Shown: one piece after another, positions 12,783 through 24,443 of the stretch
How the letters are laid out: each line of letters starts with the position of its first letter
Position numbering within the stretch: position 1 is the first letter of the stretch
Assembly (NCBI RefSeq): GCF_001194135.2
Contig: NC_068989.1
Span: 65,937,324 to 65,982,166, forward strand
DNA from: Octopus bimaculoides
Lineage: Eukaryota
DNA length: 44,843 bases
Direction: 5' to 3'
Made by a program: the position numbers and the translations under genes
Notes under the pieces: generated by a model
What the model saw: only the letters and a program-made list of their open reading frames with translations
What the model was told of the DNA's origin: nothing
The model's database searches: none

Positions 12783-13695
12783 ACACACTAAATAGAACCG
12801 GTTTATTAACAGACTGCTTATCATTGATTGAAAAATGCTAATTAAGAAACCGTTCTTTCCTAATGATAAAACGTCATTTCCTGAAACAAGTTTGACGTCA
12901 CATGGTGTCAAGTGATGACGGGGTGTCCTGGATCCAAAAAGGTGAACTCAGTATCTTTTGTGACCAACATTATCGTTGATTACCGCCAGGCATCTTTTGT
13001 ACATTGAATGCATAACACGATTGATGAAGATCATGGGGATAGCAGCCCGCACTCTGTTAAAACTTGCAATGAGTTGTGCCGCAGTTGTCGAACTTGGACG
13101 GATGACATTTAGCCTTCTTTGGATTTCGTCCCACAGGTAATCTATGGGGTTCAAGTCCAGACATAAGGCAGGCCACGGCAATGTCTGGATGTTGTACTGT
13201 TGGAGGAAGTCTATTGTCAACATGGCAGTATGGGCACGGGCGTTATCATGTTGGAAAACGGGATTCCAACGATGGGCAAATTATGACACAATGTGAGTCC
13301 TCAACACTTGGTCGATGTAGCGAGCAGCCGTTACTCCATTTTCTCCGGCCTTGTTTTGGAATACCACCGGTTGAAGTTTCTGGTTGAGTGCAATCCCTCC
13401 TCGTACCATGATGCTCTGTCCACCCCATGAGTCTCTTTCTACCACACAGCCATCGGAATGACGTCCTTCTATTTTCTCTAAACTCTAGCTCAGCCATCTG
13501 CCACAGAAATGCAATATCGATTTACGTCAGAAAAGACAGGACCTCCACTGCTGATATCGTCAGTTCTGACGTTTTTGAGCCCACTGTAGGAGTGTCCGTC
13601 GATGACGATCTGTAAGGATGGGACCTCTGGCCGAACGTCAACAAAACAGATTGAAAGATCTAAGCCGGCGGCGAACTGTCTTTGAAGAAACGTAG
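12783..13695 (-). mobile_element. Tc1-family DNA transposon, 3' two-thirds; transposase pseudogene
   Basis: Minus strand across frameshifts and stops: KTVRRRL...ILTDRHRRTLLQWA...FSD(13526-28)...VVERDSWGGQSIMV...ARYIDQVL...FQHD(13245-47)NARAHTA...WPA...DLNPID(13140-42)YLWDEI...RCLAVINDNVGHKRY* (stop 12948). Exactly 34 aa between the 2nd and 3rd acidic residues. Left boundary (possible TIR) approximate. Confidence 0.9.
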
Positions 13696-13697
13696 AG

Positions 13698-14207
13698 GAT
13701 GCATTCAAAAGGGGTTTATATTTTGTGATAAAGAACGACGCTGTATTAATGCGCTGCCTACAGGTTGTATCGTCCCTGAATTGATAGATGGGAAAAATTC
13801 TGAAGCTGGGTTGTTTGTTTTTGACGCAAATGTCGATGTGTTCGCTGAATGCTATTTTTCTGTTTTTCGGTATTTTGATCTGGGACCTGTGCAGAGCCAT
13901 CCTTTGACGTAGACTGCTTTTTGTTTGGTTTATGTATTGCTCACAACATCCACAGCTGGTTAACACATATATCAGGTTCTCTGAAGCACATGTGAAGTTG
14001 CTTTTCACTGTGAAACATTGACCTGTTTGAAAGAGAACTCTGATACTTCAGTTAAGTTGACGCATATACCACAGTTAGGCCTTCCGCATTTTTTTTATTG
14101 ACGGCTTCGGTGTTGTTGTTGAGCTTATTCGGGCTTGTGTTAGGAGACTTTTCATAGATTGGGGCTGTCTTTTGCTTTTTATGATGGTGTGCGTTTGGAG
14201 GTCTAAA

Positions 14208-14210
<3 letters not shown>
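13698..14210 (-). mobile_element. Penelope-like element fragment (Neptune-type): Cys linker plus GIY-YIG endonuclease, decayed
   Basis: IIKSKRQPQSMKSLLTQAR...KKCGRPNCGIC...FTVKSNFTCASENLIYVLTSCGCCEQYINQTKSSLRQRMALHRSQI...FPIYQF...FITKYKPLLN with two 1-nt frameshifts; the CxxxxCxxC linker is typical of Neptune PLEs. Confidence 0.85.
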
Positions 14211-14247
<37 letters not shown>

Positions 14248-14269
14248 GACACATATATAAATATATATG

Positions 14270-14333
<64 letters not shown>

Positions 14334-14352
14334 CAGATAGATAGATAGATAC

Positions 14353-14403
<51 letters not shown>

Positions 14404-14460
14404 CAGTTATATATACATAGGGAGAGAGAGGGGAGAGAGGGAGGGAAGGAACGGGACAGA
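14211..14460. repeat. (TA)n-(GATA)n-(GA/GGA) compound microsatellite
   Basis: Directly visible; bounds the 5' end of the PLE fragment. Confidence 0.9.
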
Positions 14461-14472
14461 TAAACAGAGAGG

Positions 14473-14725
14473 GAGCGCATGACTTGGTGGTTAGGGTGTT
14501 GCACTCACGATCAAGCGATATCATTTCAATTCCTAGACCGAGTAACGAGTTCTCGATTACCTCGCCACCCAACGTGTGGTAAACAGTGCACCTATTTAGA
14601 CAACATCGCTTTGATGGAGAGAGTGAGCTAATGTGCAGCTTTAACATTTGATCACTGTAAGTAAATCATCTGTGCAGATCGTTCAGTAGAAGCTAAGCAC
14701 TCACACGTCGTCTACGACGGGATCG
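14473..14725 (+). mobile_element. tRNA-derived SINE (family D), internally deleted
   Basis: A-box-like TGACTTGGTGG, TTAGGGTGTTGCACTCACGATC, B-box-like ATTTCAATTCC; head shared with the fragment at 44314. Confidence 0.7.
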
Positions 14726-14740
14726 TCCATCATAATTGTA

Positions 14741-15950
14741 TATGAGATTATACGGAATGTTCTTAACGTGTTTTAAGCGCAACAAACGATAAATAGTTTT
14801 TAAACGTACTTTCATCTGTGTTCATTAAAATTCCATCCTTTTCTACTAGCTTACTTCACGTAGCAGGCACTTTACATATTTCATCGGCATATAACTCGTT
14901 GCTTTTCAGAAAGCGAAGTCATTTAAGTGGGTTTTGACACCACCTAAGTCATTAAACGATTTTCCTTTTAGAGAGTTCTCGAGGGATAGTCAGATATGGC
15001 ACCGTGTCAGGGGAGTATGATGTATGGGACAAGAGATTCCACCCAAATTCAAGCAACTTTGTGCGGGTAGACAAAGACAAATGTGGTCAGGTATTGTCCT
15101 GGTGGAAAGCGCTGGCCTCAATTCCTTGATCTTTTGATTTAAATTTGCTAGCTGACGATAGTACATATCAGAACTGATGGTCTGATTTTGTAAGAGAAGC
15201 TCATAGTAAATAATGCCTTTGAAATTTCACCAGACACAAAGCATGACATTTTTTGAACGCATATTCGTTCAAAGAATTTGTCAATGTATTATCTTAAACA
15301 ATCCATTTTTCATCTCCAGTTACCAGTTGATTCGGGAAAGGCTTATTTTCATTGCATTTCAGAAGCATATCACAGATGGAATACCGGTACATGCAGTTTA
15401 CTTCTGACAGTTTGTTAAGCACGCAAACATCATAGCAAGAAACATAGACATTTTTCACTAAGTGTTCGTGAACGGTTCTTTTGGAAACTTCCAACTTCTC
15501 TATAAGTTCTCAAGTCGTAACATTCGAATTTCTTCAATGGTTACCATCAAAATATCTAAGGCTGGGGGCTTTCCACAGGAACTGTTATCTTCCAAGCTGA
15601 ACTTACTACGTCTAAATTTTGCAAAGCATTTCGAACACTTGATTTACCTATAGCATATTTGCCATAAACTCCATAAATGATTTTTTACACGTTTCCACAG
15701 TAGTTTCACCTTTTTCAAGAGGAAAAATACATTACGTGGCGAAAAATGCAAATTTTGGTTCTTCATTTCAAATGGTAATTAGGGCTGAAAGGAGTAAATA
15801 TGTGCTGATTTTTAACGTAGAACTTAGCAGATACGCTTGAATACTGCAAGCAGTAGTGAAATATGAGTCATACTAAGATTAGAATCATTGCATGAAGGGC
15901 TTAAAGACATAAATTCTGAAATCGCTTAGAACTTTCCGGATAGTCTTATA
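14741..15950 (-). mobile_element. near full-length mariner transposon (~1.21 kb) with both TIRs, TA-flanked
   Basis: Left TATATGAGATTATACGGAATGTTCTTA vs reverse complement of right TATATAAGACTATCCGGAAAGTTCTAA (22/27 identical); transposase remnant inside. Confidence 0.9.
14820..15766 (-). pseudogene. mariner transposase pseudogene, mellifera-subfamily-like
   Basis: MKNQNLHFRHVM...YGVYG...CFAKFRRSKFSLED...EVSKRTVHEHL...LVTGDEKWIV...VMLCVWWNFKGIIYYELL...FHQDN...SYSPD; multiple stops, frameshifts and two internal deletions. Confidence 0.85.
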
Positions 15951-16279
15951 TATATAAGTATAGACCTATCTATATGATAGATGTTTTTTACTAGTTTCAA
16001 CTCAAGACCTGCGGCCTTGCTCGTGAAACATCGTTCGCTTTGCAACGTTCACTACTTGAAACTCCTTCCCTACTAATATATGTCATTTGCTGAATCAGGG
16101 AGTTTGATGATGATGCCCTCATCTCTGTTTTCCGCCTCGAGGTAGTGTTCCCAAGTACACCTCACAGGTGGAGGTCTATCTCTGTTTTTGGGACAGCAAC
16201 ATCCGCAACGGGGATATGTAGCTTTTTGGAAGGATACTAAACAATGTTGGGTCCTTGAAACCCAAGCTGTTCTTGTTCT

Positions 16280-16309
16280 GTATGTATGTATATATGTGTG
16301 TGTATGTTT

Positions 16310-16370
<61 letters not shown>

Positions 16371-17164
16371 NNNNNNNNNNNNNNNNNNNNNNNNNNNNNN
16401 NNNNNNNNNNNNNNNNNNNNNNNNNNNNNNNNNNNNNNNNNNNNNNNNNNNNNNNNNNNNNNNNNNNNNNNNNNNNNNNNNNNNNNNNNNNNNNNNNNNN
16501 NNNNNNNNNNNNNNNNNNNNNNNNNNNNNNNNNNNNNNNNNNNNNNNNNNNNNNNNNNNNNNNNNNNNNNNNNNNNNNNNNNNNNNNNNNNNNNNNNNNN
16601 NNNNNNNNNNNNNNNNNNNNNNNNNNNNNNNNNNNNNNNNNNNNNNNNNNNNNNNNNNNNNNNNNNNNNNNNNNNNNNNNNNNNNNNNNNNNNNNNNNNN
16701 NNNNNNNNNNNNNNNNNNNNNNNNNNNNNNNNNNNNNNNNNNNNNNNNNNNNNNNNNNNNNNNNNNNNNNNNNNNNNNNNNNNNNNNNNNNNNNNNNNNN
16801 NNNNNNNNNNNNNNNNNNNNNNNNNNNNNNNNNNNNNNNNNNNNNNNNNNNNNNNNNNNNNNNNNNNNNNNNNNNNNNNNNNNNNNNNNNNNNNNNNNNN
16901 NNNNNNNNNNNNNNNNNNNNNNNNNNNNNNNNNNNNNNNNNNNNNNNNNNNNNNNNNNNNNNNNNNNNNNNNNNNNNNNNNNNNNNNNNNNNNNNNNNNN
17001 NNNNNNNNNNNNNNNNNNNNNNNNNNNNNNNNNNNNNNNNNNTATATATATATATATATATACATATATACATATATATAGTGAGAGAGAGAGAGAAAGG
17101 GAGAGAGAAGAGAGAGGGAGAGGAGAGAGAGTGTGCGACAATGACAGAGGCAGAGGAGACAGAG

Positions 17165-17201
<37 letters not shown>

Positions 17202-17765
17202 TAGAGAGAAAAAGTGATCGATATTTATGTCCATAAATCTGAATGTGAGTGTTTATACAGACACACACACACTCATATACATGTATATATGTATGTATAT
17301 ATATATATCTGTGTGTATGTATGTATGTATGTATATGTATATATATGTGTGTGTATGTATATTTGTATAAGTGCATACACATATTTTATATATATATACA
17401 TAAATATACATACAAACACACATATATATTCATGCACGAATGTGTGTGTGCGTGCGTGTGTGTACGCGTGTGGGTGTGTTTGTGTGTGTATGTTTGTATG
17501 TATGTGCATTTACGCGTGTGTATATATTTGAATTGTTCATGATGCATGCATAATATTTGCGTATCGCTTATCCATGTCTGTAATTTTACGTGCGTTTTAT
17601 TTTTGTTTATATACATACATACATACATACATACAAACATACATACATACATACAAACATACATACAGAAATATATGTGTGTCTGTGTGGTAGTGCGTGT
17701 GTTTGAGTATGTGTGTGTGCGTTTGTGTGTATGTGTGTATGTATGCCTTGGTATATGTATGTGTA
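16280..17765. repeat. long compound dinucleotide/tetranucleotide microsatellite field ((GT)n, gap 16371-17042, (TA)n, (GA)n, (CATA)n)
   Basis: Directly visible. Confidence 0.9.
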
Positions 17766-18845
17766 TACGTATGTATCAAAAGGAGCGTGTTGTAAAATGT
17801 TCTTTATGAAGAGAATCTAATGCTGTTCACAGAACTGAGAAAATATTGTCTGTCTGTGACCGGTATATATTTTTATAGGCCACAACGTCTTCGGTGCGTT
17901 CTACAATAATGTACTCAGCGTGCATTTCAATTCGCAATGTGTTGATTGTCAGATTTAATATATTGTAATATGGTGAAAGGGCTGCTTACTCAACTAGAAT
18001 GCGCAGTTCGCAGTTCATAGAGATGGAAATAGAGATTAATTATTAAGAAAACTGGAGTAATTAATTAAGGGAAAACTTTTACAATTAACGCCAAATAAAA
18101 TAGCTAAAATAAAATAATTAGAATACTACTGGAGAAGTTTTACGTCGTAGAAGAACCATGCTAATCACTTTCGAACCCGCCAAAACTGTTATATGCTGAT
18201 TTGCTTTAGGTAATTTCTTCGGACTTTGAAATTTTGCCGCAAGTCTACATCCTGCTCAATGAGATAATTTCATTGCATATAAATATTGGGTGAAAAAGCC
18301 TTTTGGATAGAGACATTCGATGAATTGCTGTTGCGTAATGGTGTAACGCTTCTCCTGTTTATAGGAGATAGGGCTTAAGTCCAACTAAAAGCCTTCGAAT
18401 TGTTCCATTCAAAAAGTTTTTGCATTTTTTTACAAAACATTTATACGTTATTATTCATGTGAACTGATATTTCTAGCAAACTGAGTGTCCACACGAAGAC
18501 GTCAGTAGCTCGTAAAAGAACAATCGCACACATTGTTGTTATATGCCCGATTGAAGCTGTTTAAATTTCAACAGATTCAAAGAAAACTCCTACAAAAAAA
18601 AAATAAGATTGAAGAAAAAAAACAATGTCTAACTGTAATGATTTTGAAGTAGAAACATCTAGAATGTGCATGTTGAAAATATAAATCCTATTATTGCGGG
18701 TGTATATATTCTGCTGAAAATGGAGTAAAGGTATTCGGAGATATCAATAGTTCCCTGGAAACAAAACGCAGGGAAATTATCAACGTTAAACAATGTACAT
18801 ATAGTACAAAAAGCAAAAGCATTAAAAAATCCCAAAACACAGATA

Positions 18846-18850
<5 letters not shown>

Positions 18851-18896
<46 letters not shown>
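18851..18896. repeat. (TA)n microsatellite
   Basis: Directly visible. Confidence 0.9.
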
Positions 18897-18899
<3 letters not shown>

Positions 18900-19011
18900 A
18901 ACTAAAAGTAAAAAAGCTCAAAAGATATATAAAACATGATATTAAGAAGCGAAGTTGTATACGCCTGAAGGCACATAGAGCTGCTTTTCGAGATAAAATA
19001 AATACAAAACT

Positions 19012-19013
19012 AC

Positions 19014-19045
<32 letters not shown>

Positions 19046-19086
19046 CAACAAAAACAACATTAATAATAGTAATATTAATAATAATG

Positions 19087-19130
<44 letters not shown>

Positions 19131-19330
19131 TATAATAATAATAATAACAATAATAATGAGAAAGAATACTAACAAGACGGATGGTGACGATGATGATGAT
19201 GATCATCATCATGATCATCATCATAAGTATAAGAATAAAAAACAACAATCTTAATTTTGATATTAATAATAATAATTATTGTTGTTGTTGTTGTTATTGT
19301 TGTTGTTCAGGATGATGATGATGATGCTAT
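19012..19330. repeat. (AAT)/(AAC)/(GAT)/(CAT)/(GTT) compound trinucleotide repeat
   Basis: Directly visible. Confidence 0.9.
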
Positions 19331-19401
19331 TGTTACATCTTAAAGAAAAATGAATTCATCTAAGCTACAGTTGGAGCTCATACTAATGAAGTTAAGAAAA
19401 A

Positions 19402-19455
19402 ACCTTGTGAGTGGATTTTGCTGACGGAAACTGAAAGAAGCTCGTCGTATTAATA

Positions 19456-19513
<58 letters not shown>

Positions 19514-19905
19514 NNNNNNNNNNNNNNNNNNNNNNNNNNNNNNNNNNNNNNNNNNNNNNNNNNNNNNNNNNNNNNNNNNNNNNNNNNNNNNNNNNNNNNN
19601 NNNNNNNNNNNNNNNNNNNNNNNNNNNNNNNNNNNNNNNNNNNNNNNNNNNNNNNNNNNNNNNNNNNNNNNNNNNNNNNNNNNNNNNNNNNNNNNNNNNN
19701 NNNNNNNNNNNNNNNNNNNNNNNNNNNNNNNNNNNNNNNNNNNNNNNNNNNNNNNNNNNNNNNNNNNNNNNNNNNNNNNNNNNNNNNNNNNNNNNNNNNN
19801 NNNNNNNNNNNNNNNNNNNNNNNNNNNNNNNNNNNNNNNNNNNNNNNNNNNNNNNNNNNNNNNNNNNNNNNNNNNNNNNNNNNNNNNNNNNNNNNNNNNN
19901 NNNNN

Positions 19906-19939
<34 letters not shown>

Positions 19940-19990
19940 GCATACATATATGTGTGTGTGCGTGCGTATGTGTGTGTTTGTATTTGTTTA
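19402..19990 (+). mobile_element. SINE family B middle fragment with expanded internal microsatellite (gap 19514-19905)
   Basis: CCTTGTGAGTGGATTTTGCTGACGGAAACTGAAAGAAGCTCGTCGTAT matches the body of the copy at 35019, then (CATA)n(TA)n...(GT)n. Confidence 0.7.
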
Positions 19991-21009
19991 TGTGTCTAGT
20001 TAGTTATTTTAAAGAACCATAGCAGTGTTTCGTTTTCCTTTATCATTCCGATTCCTTTTTTATTCCCTTCTTATTCTTTTTTTTTTTTTGTTTTCCTTTT
20101 AGAACGATGAATTTCTTTAGGTGCTAAATTTTTTTTCAACGTCCTTCACACACCGTCAAAACTGAATGTATTAATGGCGCGTCTTGTTTTTGGGCAAGGG
20201 ATCACAGGAAAACGTCGTTAATGGGTTTAAAATCATTTAACATTTCGCTTCGTTCAAATTTCAAATTATTTAGCATTGCTTAGCATAAAATAAAGCATTG
20301 AATGTTACTTTCATAGTTTATTTTACGTGTCTTGTATCGGTACGTTGATTTTATTCATTTCTATTTCGGTTTTGATAAATCCTTACATAGCGTATCTTCT
20401 ACACTTTTGAGGCATTCTATATCGGAATGTGCTGCTATCAATTAAAGTTTTCTGTCTTGTTTAGTTTCGTTTATTATAATCCACTGTAACGTCACTTTGT
20501 TTTAAATGCAAATTCAATCGACTGGAAAAATAGATGTTTCATGTAACACTTTGAGCCATGAACTTTACAAGTTTCATGTTTGCTTTGAAATTGGTATATA
20601 ACACTGGTTGTCTAAAATGCATTCATGAAGTGCGGGTTAGTAATTTCATGTTAAGTAGAAAGTTTTTCATGCTGGTGTTTTTCCAATCTATTCTAGTTGT
20701 CAGTTTAAGGATAACTTGGATATATATGTTCTATTTGAATAGGTTTAATGGTATATTCTTCCATTCGGTAACTAGGGTGCCTTTAGCTTATATCGTATCC
20801 ACAATACTGCATTACCGTAGCTGAATTTGTTTTCGTTACTTCATATTTGTCAACTGGCGACTCTTCATATTATGAAATGGAATTTATCTTTGTTTTTCTT
20901 TGTTCTTTAGCTAAATCTCCTTTACAGAATGAAAATATAAAAGCTCCTCTCTAATGATATCTAGTTAGACATTTCATATCAAGGGAGACACTCACTTTTC
21001 TTCTGTATG

Positions 21010-21048
<39 letters not shown>

Positions 21049-21765
21049 AAAAAAAAACAACACAAGCACGTGGTACAAGCAAAGTGTTATTAAGACGCTC
21101 AGGTGCGTGGCACATGCAGAATATTAATAAGACGCTCTTATTGATACTTTGCATGCACCATGTACTCATGTTGTTGTGTTTTTCCCTTTTTATTTCATCT
21201 GTNNNNNNNNNNNNNNNNNNNNNNNNNNNNNNNNNNNNNNNNNNNNNNNNNNNNNNNNNNNNNNNNNNNNNNNNNNNNNNNNNNNNNNNNNNNNNNNNNN
21301 NNNNNNNNNNNNNNNNNNNNNNNNNNNNNNNNNNNNNNNNNNNNNNNNNNNNNNNNNNNNNNNNNNNNNNNNNNNNNNNNNNNNNNNNNNNNNNNNNNNN
21401 NNNNNNNNNNNNNNNNNNNNNNNNNNNNNNNNNNNNNNNNNNNNNNNNNNNNNNNNNNNNNNNNNNNNNNNNNNNNNNNNNNNNNNNNNNNNNNNNNNNN
21501 NNNNNNNNNNNNNNNNNNNNNNNNNNNNNNNNNNNNNNNNNNNNNNNNNNNNNNNNNNNNNNNNNNNNNNNNNNNNNNNNNNNNNNNNNNNNNNNNNNNN
21601 NNNNNNNNNNNNNNNNNNNNNNNNNNNNNNNNNNNNNNNNNNNNNNNNNNNNNNNNNNNNNNNNNNNNNNNNNNNNNNNNNNNNNNNNNNNNNNNNNNNN
21701 NNNNNNNNNNNNNNNNNNNNNNNNNNNNNNNNNNNNNNNNNNNNNNNNNNNNNNNNNNNNNNNNN

Positions 21766-21796
<31 letters not shown>

Positions 21797-21888
21797 ATGC
21801 AAAACTAATAAAATTTGTTTGCACTGAACACTTGTATAAACCAGAGAATTAGGATGCTAGCATCCCTTAAAGGATTATATGTCCTTCA

Positions 21889-21934
<46 letters not shown>
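21766..21934. repeat. (TA)n and (CA)n microsatellites after gap 21203-21765
   Basis: Directly visible. Confidence 0.85.
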
Positions 21935-21937
<3 letters not shown>

Positions 21938-22903
21938 GAGGTTGTTTTTTATGGCCGGTCAGAGAATGATCATTGGTTTCGCACCTATTGGCAACTCTTC
22001 AAACTCAAATGGCAGGAGGTATATAACCTCTCTACAACGGTTACTCTCTGACAGGACATAACAAGCAACTTTCTAAGCATTACTGCTCTAATATGTTTGA
22101 GGGCGCCTGTTTTCGTATATATGAACAACTGACCGAACAAATAAACTAAGCCCGTAAAATAAACTATGAAAGTAACCAACATTTAAAACTCTCAGTTTAT
22201 GCTAAACAAAGCCATTTTATTTTAAATTTGAATAATGCTAAATTCTAAATACTTTTAAGACCATTGACGATGTTTTCCCGTGATCCTTTGCTGCCCAACA
22301 ACAAATATATATTTTTTTCATGCTTTGATAGTACACTAGGCGGACGAACTTGTATAGCCTAGTGTGCACTATCCTGCAAGAATTTTCCTAGTACATTTCG
22401 TGTGTATAGACAGCGTGCTACATGAATTTTTAATATTTAACTTTATATCATAGTGCCGAGTGGAATTTTAGTGAGAAATTGAGGCGGGGCGGAATTATTT
22501 TAAAAATTCTTTTGTATACGTCACAATGAATACGTTGATAGAAAATATGTTGTGTATAACATACTTTTGTTTGGCGTTAATATTATTTTCTATGCTGGCC
22601 ATGTAATTTGGATAATTCGTAGTCACTCTCTCCTCTGGCTATGATGATATCTTTGAGAACACCAAAAAAGGCACCTAAGTTGTGTAGGCCTACAAAACAG
22701 TTTCTAAGAATTTTCCGTAGCATATTGTTATTTTATGTATTCATTCTGTATAATATTATGACTGTTGTTGGAATATTCGTACATATTAAGTACCCAGTAT
22801 GTAAATGGGCTGGTGAAAGTGTGAAAGTCTCATTTTGGATGTCAATAAATATTACGATTCAGTCAAGGGATATCCTCCCCACCGAGTATATTGAATTTTA
22901 TAG

Positions 22904-23150
22904 TAATTATGTCGAATAATCCTTTCTACTATGGACACAAGGCCTGAAATGTTGGGTGAGGGGACTAGTCGATTACATCGACCCCAGAACTCAACTGGTA
23001 CTTAATTTATCTACCGCAAAAGTATGAAAGGCAAAGTGGACCTCGGCGGTATTTGAACTCAGGACGTAGCGACGGGCGCAATACTGCTAGGCATTTCGTC
23101 CAGCGTGTTAAAAATTCTGACAGCTCACCGCCTTAATTATGTCTAATAAT
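22904..23150 (-). mobile_element. full-length SINE family A with 17-bp target-site duplication
   Basis: Reverse complement reads GGCGGTGAGCTGTCAGAAT...GAGTTCAAATACC...TTTGCCTTTCAT...AAGTACCAGTTG...CTGGGGTCGATGTAATCGACT...AGTAGAAAGGATTATT; TSD TAATTATGTC(G/T)AATAAT at 22904-22920 and 23134-23150. Confidence 0.9.
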
Positions 23151-23180
23151 CTTTTCTACTAAACGCACATGACCTGAAGC
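23145..23180 (-). mobile_element. 3' end remnant of an older SINE family A copy
   Basis: Reverse complement TTCAGGTCATGTGCGTTTAGTAGAAAAGATTATT resembles the family A 3' end. Confidence 0.55.
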
Positions 23181-24033
23181 GTTTTGTCTAATAATAATCG
23201 TATTTTCAGTCCAAGAGAAAAACGCTTAATAACATTTTAAACTCCAGCCAAATGATTTGCAAAATTTCAATGGAAATATCACATAAAAATTTACGAATAC
23301 ATTTGGGTTTAAATCTGAATATGCATAAAACAGCGGCACTTTCTTTTGTTTAGAGTTATTGATATGTCTATGCAATCTCAATCGATTTCGTACTGTCTCC
23401 CATCATATGAGTAACGGAAGAATTACACAATATGAATTAGCAATGAATGTTTGAATGAATCATGTGCGTATAAATTTATATAAGCTACAGAGTAAAATTT
23501 GCTGAAAGTAGGTAAGAAGATAGACCAGTAGCAGATAAAGATGAAAATGTATATTGTCGGAAAAAGCAAATTAGTCACTGAATTCCAATTTCAGGTGAAT
23601 TTCGAAGTTAATTATATTCCGGATGTATTTTGCTTGAACAAATTGATTTTAACGATTGCATAACTACTTGAAGCAATACATGGATATACGATAGCATTTC
23701 TTAGTATGAAAAGTGTTAAAATGACACTGTATTCTATTCGTTGCCTATCTTAAAATGTACCGATATAGCGAAGTCGAGAGTGATTAATCATGTCAACATA
23801 ACGAGAGACAAGAGAGGAAATGGCGTCAACGCATCTAAAATTTTGCAGAAGAATGTAAAGGAAATAAAGGAATAACAAAAACCTATTTTGTCTGTTATCC
23901 TTCCCTATTTTAATCTAATCTAAAGCATTAGATTTGCTAAATTTCCTATAATGGGTAATACACACCCTCTGATATCCCGCCTTTACACATCCTCTAATAT
24001 CTGTGTCTTTATATCAGAATTTAGAAATCATTA

Positions 24034-24250
24034 GACGGCGAGCTGGGTTAATCATTAGTGCATCGGACGAAATGCTTAGCGGCATGTTTTTTCCACTCTT
24101 TACGTTCTGCATTCAAATTCCACCCCGAGTTCTACTTTACCTTTTATAGTTTCAAAATAAAAGAAAATATGTACCAGAGAAACACTGGGGTCAATTCCAT
24201 CGACTATGCCCCTCCCCTAAATTTCAGGTTTTGTACCTACAGAAGAACAG

Positions 24251-24300
<50 letters not shown>
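24034..24300 (+). mobile_element. SINE family A with (ATT)n tail
   Basis: GACGGCGAGCTGG...AAATGCTTAGCGGC...TTCAAATTCC...CTGGGGTCAATTCCATCGACT...TTTCAGGTTTTGT then (ATT)n. Confidence 0.85.
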
Positions 24301-24313
24301 AGCTGTCAATTTA

Positions 24314-24443
24314 AGGCGGCGAGCTGGCAGAATCGTTAGCACGCCGGGGAAAAATGGTTAGTGGCATTTCGTCCGCCTTTACGTTCTCAGTTCAAGTTCT
24401 GCCGAGATCGACTCTGGTTTTCATCTTTTCGGGAACGATAAAT
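24314..24443 (+). mobile_element. 5' half of a second SINE family A copy, head-to-tail after the first
   Basis: AGGCGGCGAGCTGGCAGAATCGTTAGCACGCCGGG...AGTTCAAGTTCTGCCGAGATCGAC...TTTCATCTTTTCGGGAACGATAAA. Confidence 0.85.

Noticed and set aside
13140-13247. Tc1 with a DD34D triad as a new family
   Set aside because: GAT vs GAA/GAG is one substitution in a copy full of stops; decay is the simpler explanation
13490-14008. 172-aa ORF as a functional GIY-YIG/transposase fusion protein
   Set aside because: GTG start inside a frameshifted PLE ORF, degenerate YIG motif, and the Tc1 portion is read out of frame
18150-18580. Possible ancient Tc1/mariner remnant (also 30230-30410)
   Set aside because: Only isolated 4-6 aa resemblances without consistent spacing
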